DNA of 64,000 nt from the human T2T-CHM13v2.0 reference genome, Homo sapiens: NCBI RefSeq assembly GCF_009914755.1, contig NC_060935.1, one strand, 5' to 3'. Shown piece after piece: positions 55,491-64,000 of this stretch. How positions within the stretch are numbered: the first letter of the stretch is position 1; each line of letters opens with the position of its first letter. Both the position numbers and the translations under genes were made by a program. The notes beneath the pieces were generated by a model that ran no database searches, was not told the origin of the DNA, and worked only from the letters and a program-made list of their open reading frames with translations.

Positions 55491-57723
55491 GAAGTAAAAG
55501 GAAAGAGAGGCAGAAAGGGAAAATTGAAACACAAAGGAAGATGCTCAAAGGGAGATGCTAAGGAAACCCACTGAGAGGCACACACATGCCCTCGGATGTC
55601 TCTATACAGGAAGGGACTGCCATCTGAGATAAGCAGGGCAGCAGCTGGGCTGAGTGCCCTGAGGAGATGCAGGAGTTTGTTTCAGGGTGAGGGGAAAGGT
55701 GAGCGGGAGTCAGTAAGAAATGAAGAAGAGAACATCTCACCCAGTGAGGGCTCTGTAGGTGCCAGATTATTTAATACATGAATGGGCAGTGGTCCCAATC
55801 AGTAAATTGCATTAATAGAAAATATGAAAAATTCTGAGTCTTCCAGAATACTGCCTTTCCCCTAAAGTTAATAGTTTGATCCTCATATTAACAGAAAATT
55901 GGAAAGACACTAAGAGAACTTATCTTTTGATAGAGCTTCCCTGTTTTGCCCCGAGTGTGTATCTCAGCTGTCCTCAGCTTCCTCCATTTTGTGCTGGCAT
56001 TCACTAATAATGGTGTAAGCTTGCTGTCTATGTTGGGAATTTGTTTAGTGAGTATTTCATGAGAGAGATAGCGTCTTGAACCCTGCACTTTGCTCTCAGA
56101 GGGAAGATACTGGAATGAACTGGGTTTTCCAAAGCAAAGCTCTTTTCAGAGGAAGTACAGGGCTGGCCCAGGGTCATGGGGCACCATTTGCCCTGACAGC
56201 ATAGCTGCCTATGAAGGAGGAATGTATTTATTTGAGAGGAATGTGCATGAAAGTGACCACTAACGATTGTTAGATGGAGATTTTTCTGACCAAACCACCT
56301 TCAGTGAATCTCTCCAGTGGTTTTCCTGCCTCTTCTGACACATCTCGCCTTTTTTGTCTGCCACTTTTTGAGAGCCATTAACCGAGACTTAGGAAGAAAA
56401 GCTTGGAGGTGACAAAAGTCCACTGGAAATGTGGACGAGATGCTGCAACTCTAGTGGAAAAGCATCTCACATGCCCTGGGTTCTCAGTTTCCTGTATCTT
56501 CTTGGGACAGAGTCTGAGGAAGTGTTGCTCAAACCAATCTGTAAGAATCCAAAATGCTTGTCTATACCTGCAGCCCTAGACACTCCACTTTAAATTTGAT
56601 AGCCAAAGCAAAGTTCCAACTCTCTGTGATGGTGTTTGATGTCAAATCTTCTATCGTCAGCCTTCTGATTTCCCGAAGGAAAACAAACAAGGAAAACAAT
56701 ATACATTCAGCATTTACTCTCTAAAACTCCAGTCTATAAGGGACTTTACTAAATATACTACCTTTGCACTGTGCCTCAAAAGCAAAAAAAAAAAGAGGCA
56801 CATCTGACAGAAGAGGTGAATCCTGAAGCATCCTTTTTCACTGGCATCAGTATGTGAGTGTGTGGGACAGAGAGAAGGGGCAGTCTGTGGCATCTGGAAG
56901 AAACTGGCTCTGTCCGTGTCTTCCATAGTGGAGGCATGCAAACATCCTGCCATTTCTCCCTTTTAGGATTTTCTAAGTAGACAGCTTCCTCGCAGCCTCA
57001 TCCCTCAGCTGAGACAGCACCCCTGGGTTTCTCCAGACCCTGGAGATCAGGTCACAGGGATATCCCCAAATGTACCCAAGAAACACATCTAGTAACTGGA
57101 TTGATCAAGAGCTCACAAGAGCATGGGGAAAGCTCTGATGATTAGTGACCTGGGGCAAGTCTTCAGCTTCTCCGAGCCTTTAGTTTCCTCTTCTGTAATG
57201 TAAGAATGACAGTAATGTTCCCTTTGCCGACCTCAAAGCATCAGTGTGAGATTGGCCCAAGACTGAATGAAAAGCACTTTGAACTTGTAAGGCCACATTT
57301 TCCTTCTCTGGAGTTAGACCTCCCTGTTCTGAGCTCCTGCGCATGTCCTGATTATCCCGACAGAGAGCTGCATGCACGTTTCTTCTCTACTAGTCTTGGA
57401 CCCTCCTAGGCAAGCTCAGTTACTTAATAAGAACTTTAAATGATAATCATAATATGGCTAATAACATCTGCTTTCAGAGCTTCTGCTCCACTTCAGGCAC
57501 TGCGCCAAGTGCCTTAGATACATTATTCCCATTTCTCATAATAGCCCTGCAAGTTAGCGTACTTTTTCATTCTATTTAATATATGAATAAACTCTGAGGG
57601 GTTAAGTAACTTGCCCTGAGCCACAGCTAGTTAGTTGCAGGGCTGCAGACAACATGATAGGGGCCACAGGAGGGTTGGTTAACAGACATTCAATTAATAG
57701 TGATGCTATAGTCAAGGGTAGGA

Positions 57724-58000
57724 CAGTGGTACTCAAAAAGTCTGGACCAACAGTCTCAGTATCACCTGGGAGCTTGTGGAAAATGCAATTTCTGAATAAG
57801 ACTCTAGATCAGTGGTTCTCAAACTTCAGTGAGCATAAGAGCCACCTCGAGGGTGTATTTGAACAGATTGCTGGGTCCCTCCGCCAGAGTTTCTGACTCA
57901 GTAGGTCAGGGAAGGAACCTCCTGATAATTTGCGTTTCAGACTAGTTCCCAGGTGATGTTGATGCTGCTGTTCCCAGAACCACACTTTGAATATCACTTG
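57724..58000. mobile_element. MER5A (one partial plus one full copy)
   Basis: cagtggttctcaaact...ttcccaggtgatgttgatgctgctg...accacactttga. Confidence 0.8.
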
Positions 58001-58002
58001 CT

Positions 58003-59375
58003 TAGGGATTCTTAATATTTTTGTGTCACAAACGCCTTAACAGTTTGGTAATACCTGTGGATCACCTCTCAGAATAATATTTTACATCTCATAAAACAAA
58101 ATACAAAAAGTTACAAATAAAATAGTTTTGTCCAAGCATTTTTTAAGTTGTTGTATAGTAATGTGAATTTCTTTTTATATATTAAATAACAAAATCTAGT
58201 GCAGTAGGTCTAATAACTCCCATATTTCAAAGTAGTGGTAAGTAGAGGCAGGTACAACAACCATAAAATAATAAGAAAATATCTGATTTATACTGGTTAC
58301 AAAACCACAGGTGCTGTTCATACCACAGTGACTTGTTGCCTACATTTATTGTAGAATGTGACACTAAAGCCAGTTAGAGGTTAATGAAAATAAAGATGCC
58401 AATATTCCTCCGTTATGGTAGCAGCCTCTAAGATAACCCCAGTGATTCCCCACTTCCTGATATTCACACCCCTTCCCTTGAGAGTGGGCTGGACTTACTG
58501 ACTCACATCTAATGAACAGGATATAGCAGAAGTGATGATATCACTTCAGAGATTAGGTTATAAGAAGACTGTGGCATCCATCTTGACAATGCTTTCTGTA
58601 TTAGTCTGCTCAGACTGCCATAACGAAGTACCTGAGACTGGATGACTTAAACAACAAACATTTACTTTCTCACAGTTCTGGAGTCTGGGAATTTAAGTTC
58701 AGGGTGTCAGCATTGGTCAGGTTTTGTCCAGGGCTCTCTCCTTGGTTTGTAGACAGCTCCTTCTCCCATTGTGTTCACATGGCCTTTCCTAGGTGCACCT
58801 GGATGTAGAGAGATCTGTCTTTCTTCTCTTCTTATGGGTCACTAATCCTATCACATTAGGACCCCACCCTTAAGACCTCATTTAACATTAATTGCCTCCT
58901 AAAAGCCTTATCTCCAAAGCAGTCTCAGTGGAGATTAGGGCCTCAACATATGAATTTTGGGAGATCACAATTCAGTCTATAACACTCTTTCCTACTGTCT
59001 GTGGGATCACTTGCCCCAGGGGAAGACAGCTGTGGTATTGTGAGGCAGCCCTGAGAGAGGCTCACATGGTGAGGGGTCAAGGTCTATCAACAACTGCTCT
59101 TGAAAATGGACCCACCCTCCAACCTCCATTTGAGCTTCCAGATGAGACTGCAGCCCTGCCTGACAGCTTGACTGCAACCTCAAGAGAAATGCTGAGCCAT
59201 AGATAACCAGCTAAAAAATGCCTGGATTCCTGATCCATAGAAACCATGAAATAATAAATATTTGTTTTGTTATGCTGTTAAGTTCTGGGGCAATTTAGCA
59301 TGGAACAAGAGAGAACTAGTATACTAATGCAAGTTCATGGGCATCTTCAAGTCTATCCACACATCCTTAAGATTC
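58003..59375. mobile_element. MER119-like hAT element split by an MLT1F/G-like LTR (about 58412-59323), itself split by an antisense MLT1A-like LTR (58598-58983)
   Basis: Recognisable consensus blocks resume after each nested insert. Confidence 0.65.
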
Positions 59376-61920
59376 CCTGATCATAGCCATTATCTTTTCA
59401 CAGGTTCTACTCTCCAAGGAACAAGGGCTCTTGTGCAGATCAATGGCAATTAAAACAGGGCCCACCTTGGGAAGGAGCAGTGCATCTGTGTTGGGAGCAC
59501 AGCTATTTGACATAGGCAGGGATGAGTGATGGTGGAAAGCTATTGGCTGCTCCTTGTTGCTATTCTCATGGATTCATGGGCCTTCCATGGGGCACTAGGT
59601 CCACTTCTTATGGAAATGCCATCCTATTAGATCTTAGGATGTTACCACTGAAAAGACCCTGAGACAAAATCCAGTCAAATCCTGAGGTCCAGAGACAAAG
59701 AGACTTTCCCAAGATGACTTAATTAGTGGCAAAGCTGGATTGAAAAGGAGATTATCATCACTTCAGCCTAATGCTTTTTTGTATACTCCAGTAATTTCTA
59801 CAAGAAAATGTTTTGAAAGAGATTGATTCTATTCTGATTTCAGCCTGTTTTCTCTTAAGTAGCATCTATTCTTTGTTTTTCCTACTGCCTTAGATATTGT
59901 TATTTCTAACCTGCATAGGTCACTGATTTAATGTATTTTACCCCCTTCCCCAAAGCTGTTATTCTCCGAAGTGTTGAATCTTTGAAGGTGGCTAAGGGAC
60001 TATTAAAATGTCAGTAAAAATTAAATAATCCTCCCTAAAGACTGAAAAACATAAGTCATTTTCTGGAGTACACTGTGGTCAAAGCCTTTTGTCTGTTGTA
60101 GATATCAAAAATATCATCTTCTGTTTTAAGTCTTTCTCTAGAAAGCTCCAAAAACACGCATGTGATGTTACCAGGGAATGAACAGATCTGGATGCTCCCA
60201 CCTATAGATGGAGAAATTAAGGTTCAAAAACGTTAAGTGGCCCCTCCCAAGGCATCTGTTAAATGGAGTGATCTGAGCAAAGGGCTCTGGGCTCCATAAA
60301 CCCCTCCCTGAATTATTTACCTCCTACCAGTGTTAGGACACCTTCTACAGTGTCTGCAACCAGATGCAGGGCCATGACACTCTACGATTTCTGTGTCAGA
60401 ATCCTCTGGAGAGTTTTTAAAAATAAACAGGCTAAACAAACAAACAAGCAAGGGCTCCATCTCCAGAACCTGATTTAGAAAGTCTGGGAGAGAGCTGGAC
60501 ATTTTTTTTTTCTCTGCAGTTGATTATAATGCCTTTCCCTATTTAGAAGTTTTTGCCTTTGACACACGTAAGTTCTTGTTATCATTACCCTTTTAAACAT
60601 CCAGTTTCTTCCAAACAGGGATCAAAACACTAGCTGTCAAAGGAAACAGCTAATTCCTTCCAAAAAGGAGGTATCTTAAGCAAGTGTTTTAGCACAGTCC
60701 CCCATTAGCAGGGAATTCTGACCCATATCAGTTGATCATAGTGGTTCTTTCGCAGAAGCTCCCTCACTCATGTGCTACCTCATTTGTAGACGCCACAGGT
60801 TGGTTAAAAAAAAAAAAAGCCTCTGAACTGCTAATTTGGATCAGTCTGGATCGAACACTCGGCAATGCAGAGGACGGATTTAAGGCAGTACTAATATAGC
60901 TAGGAAAATCTCCATCCACCCCTGGGCATTTTCTGCAGAAAATCCAAGGACCCCAAGCTTTGACTCCCTGCCTCTCCAGGGCATGTTGAGGCTTTGTGAA
61001 ATGTGCTTATCAGCTTTGCTGCAGGATACATCCTACCACTTCACCTTGTGAGGCCTCCTTGACAGGCACGATTATGTTGTCCATCATCTGCTCGTAAGCT
61101 CTTTTAATAACTTCTCACATATTACAAAACACTTTCCACCCACGCATCCTCTCCACCTTGCTCCTTCCAATCTTTCTTTTTCTCTTTCTGCTAATTTATC
61201 CATTAACTTAGGCCCAGTTTCTAGTTTATGCTAACTATAATTGGTTATAACACCTCTGGTAACTTGCAGTTGCCTCTGAAAATAGACAGTTTCAGCTTCT
61301 ACTGTTGTAAACTTAGGGATTTAACAATGCTGAACCATTTATCCTTCTCTGAGTATACCTTGCAATTTCAGCATTGTTAACTTCACACATGTTCTCACCA
61401 TTTGTAATGCCCTTTCTTCTTGTCACTCTTCCACCTTATTTTGCTACTGACAACTCCTATCTTTCCTTCAGGACTCAATCCATTTGTTTTCTTCTCTGAG
61501 AAACTTCCCTTGACCACCCCTCTCCAACAATCAACTCTATACATGCTTGTCTCCTGAGAAATGAGAGCCGTTTGAGAGCACATAAGTGGTGGGAGCCATC
61601 CTTCTTTGTATCCCCAGTGCCTGCCATGCAGCAGGAGTTAAGTATTTCTTGGATGAATGAATGAATGGATCCAGTGGTCACACTTAGTGGCCCATATAGA
61701 AAACCCGTTGCATGATCGTTGGGTAGCTATCCAGCACAGACATTCCATGTACCAATAAACATGGAGTTTTGAGTATTTAGTTGATGAATTAGTTTACTTA
61801 CACTTAATCATCCCAGGTGTAGCTTCATGCCAAGCCATAGATAGTTGAAAAAGTTTAACCCAGATAAGCTGCAGCTTTTTAGGTATCACAGAAGGTATAA
61901 CTATAGTCTTATCCAGCAAT

Positions 61921-62080
61921 GGGGCCAGTTTTATAGGTGTGCAGTCAAACAGAACTCCTTGCTTAGAAGGGCCCTGTGTTTCACTTAGTGCTCTCTTCTG
62001 GCTTGTGTTGAGTGTCTTAATACTGTTTAAACAAGAGTCCCTGTATTTTTATTTTGCATGGGAGCCCACAATCATGTTGT
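61921..62080. mobile_element. MER91-like hAT-Tip100 MITE
   Basis: gcttagaagggccctgtgttt...tttaaacaagagtccctgtatttttattttgca. Confidence 0.6.
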
Positions 62081-62562
62081 TGCTCCTACCCAGCAGAGCT
62101 ACAGCCAGCCCAATTGGGAAGTCCTCAACAGATTTTTGGTGCAGTAATCAGGGTCTCCTGGACTCTGTGACTGATGTTACCTTCTGTGTTTTTTGACTTC
62201 AAAAAACCGAGGGGCTACTGACTGACCCCAGGAGCTGGTATTCTGCCCATGGGAATGTGCCAGTTTTAGTCATCACCCAATGAAGAACTTTTAAAAGGCA
62301 CTTAAAACAGAAGTAATTAGGGAGTCTATTTAAAATTAATTGCCAACTGAAAAAGTAATTGCTAATTCCATGGGCCTCTTCATGGCAACTTCCTGTTTTA
62401 TTTCATATTATCCACAGGCATATTTCAAACAGAGGAAAAAGGAGCCATTAATTTAAGCTGTTTCATTGTAGTGGGATTTTATTTGCCTTCCACAGAGAAT
62501 GAGAGAAGAATTTTAGGCTAGCCATTTTGTTTGCTTAATTTAAGTATGAAAATCATTTTTAA

Positions 62563-62880
<318 letters not shown>

Positions 62881-63199
62881 TCACATTTCTTTAAATAACT
62901 TTATAATGAGACCTTGACAAAAGTGATTTTCTAAGTAAAGCCAGTGTCTTTCTGAAGACAAACCATAATGGAGAATAGAAATATCCAGAAAAAGTAGCCT
63001 ATACAATATGTATCTTTTCTGCATTTTCGAGTGGTATGGATGTTGACAATTAAACTGGCCTGCAAAATAAATTGAGTATTTGATTGCACTCCAAAATTGA
63101 TATTAAAGAATTATTTCTCATGTACATAATTTTTATAATAGTTCTTTTATTTATTACAAACATAGTGTGTGTTTACAAACATGCTCTTAACCTAGAAGG

Positions 63200-63540
63200 G
63201 TAAACAAAAAAGAAAACAAGTCATTTTTAACCATGGTTACCACTTTGATAGAAATCCCTTCTGCCTTTTTTTTTTCCACAAAACTAGGCTCATAAACTAG
63301 ATATTATTTTGTAACTTGCTTTTTTGATGACCTGCAACTATATTTCTATGCCATTATATATTCTTTTACATCTTTATTGTGACATTGTACATAGTATTCT
63401 ATATACATCATATGACCGTGGGATGATGGATTCAACCAGTCCTCATTGTTGGAAAATTGGGTAAGTACCAGTTTTTTTTCACAAATGCAAACATCTATTT
63501 AGCAGAAGCTTTGTGTATGTATATGAATGTTTTATATACA
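63200..63540 (-). mobile_element. Old L1ME-like fragment, antisense
   Basis: tgtacatagtattctat...ttcaaccagtcctcattgttggaaaattggg. Heavily degraded. Confidence 0.5.
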
Positions 63541-64000
63541 TTGTTAAATATTAAAAAACTAAATGTTCCTTAATAAAAGAAAGCAGTTTTTTCCACATTG
63601 TCCTTTTTCAAGGTTATTTAATTCTTTCAGCACATGCATTTGCAATGGACATATATGTGTACTGTGTGCATCACCTGCATATGTTATGTTAGCAGGAACG
63701 TATACTTGCTTTGGTCCCCTAGTTGTTTCTTCTGCGGTTCAACATTCATTGCTCTCTATGTGCCAGGGTCTGTGCTCAGTATTGGGGTTCAAAGATAATA
63801 AGACACAGTTCCTTTACCTAAAAGGTACATTAATCTACTGGGAGAGGGGATATGCATATAACTAATGATAATGCAAAAAATAGAGGCAAAAATAACATTA
63901 AGGGAACACAGAGGAGGAAATAACTGAGGAAATTAAGGAAGCTGTTCCAGAGGAGACCCTGCAAAGCATATGTAGGATTTTGACAAGAGAAAGAGGTAAG

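Noticed and set aside
60756-60798. 43-nt segment between ttctttcgcag and CAG|gttggt
   Set aside because: Frame-shifting, short pyrimidine tract, no other support.

Overview
Primate (most likely human) genomic DNA from the middle of FAT3, a giant atypical cadherin gene on the + strand. Nine consecutive coding exons can be read with GT-AG borders and matching phases: 315, 211, 140, 276, 211, 4074, 197, 154 and 234 nt. From memory these are exons 5-13, and all encode extracellular cadherin repeats. The rest is intron, with 14 Alu units (12 sense, 2 antisense), old L1, MaLR/ERV LTRs, hAT DNA transposons and MIR/L2. The best leads are: (1) an in-frame 69-nt candidate cassette exon at 3995-4063 with neural-exon-like splice signals; (2) two complex locally templated insertions (14108-14299 and 26015-26210) that look like fixed template-switch or polymerase-theta repair scars; (3) a 67-bp direct repeat flanking one exon; (4) several unusual splice-site configurations. 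I found no RNA genes or CRISPR arrays. Repeat family names and exon numbers come from recognition, not database searches, and repeat borders are approximate.
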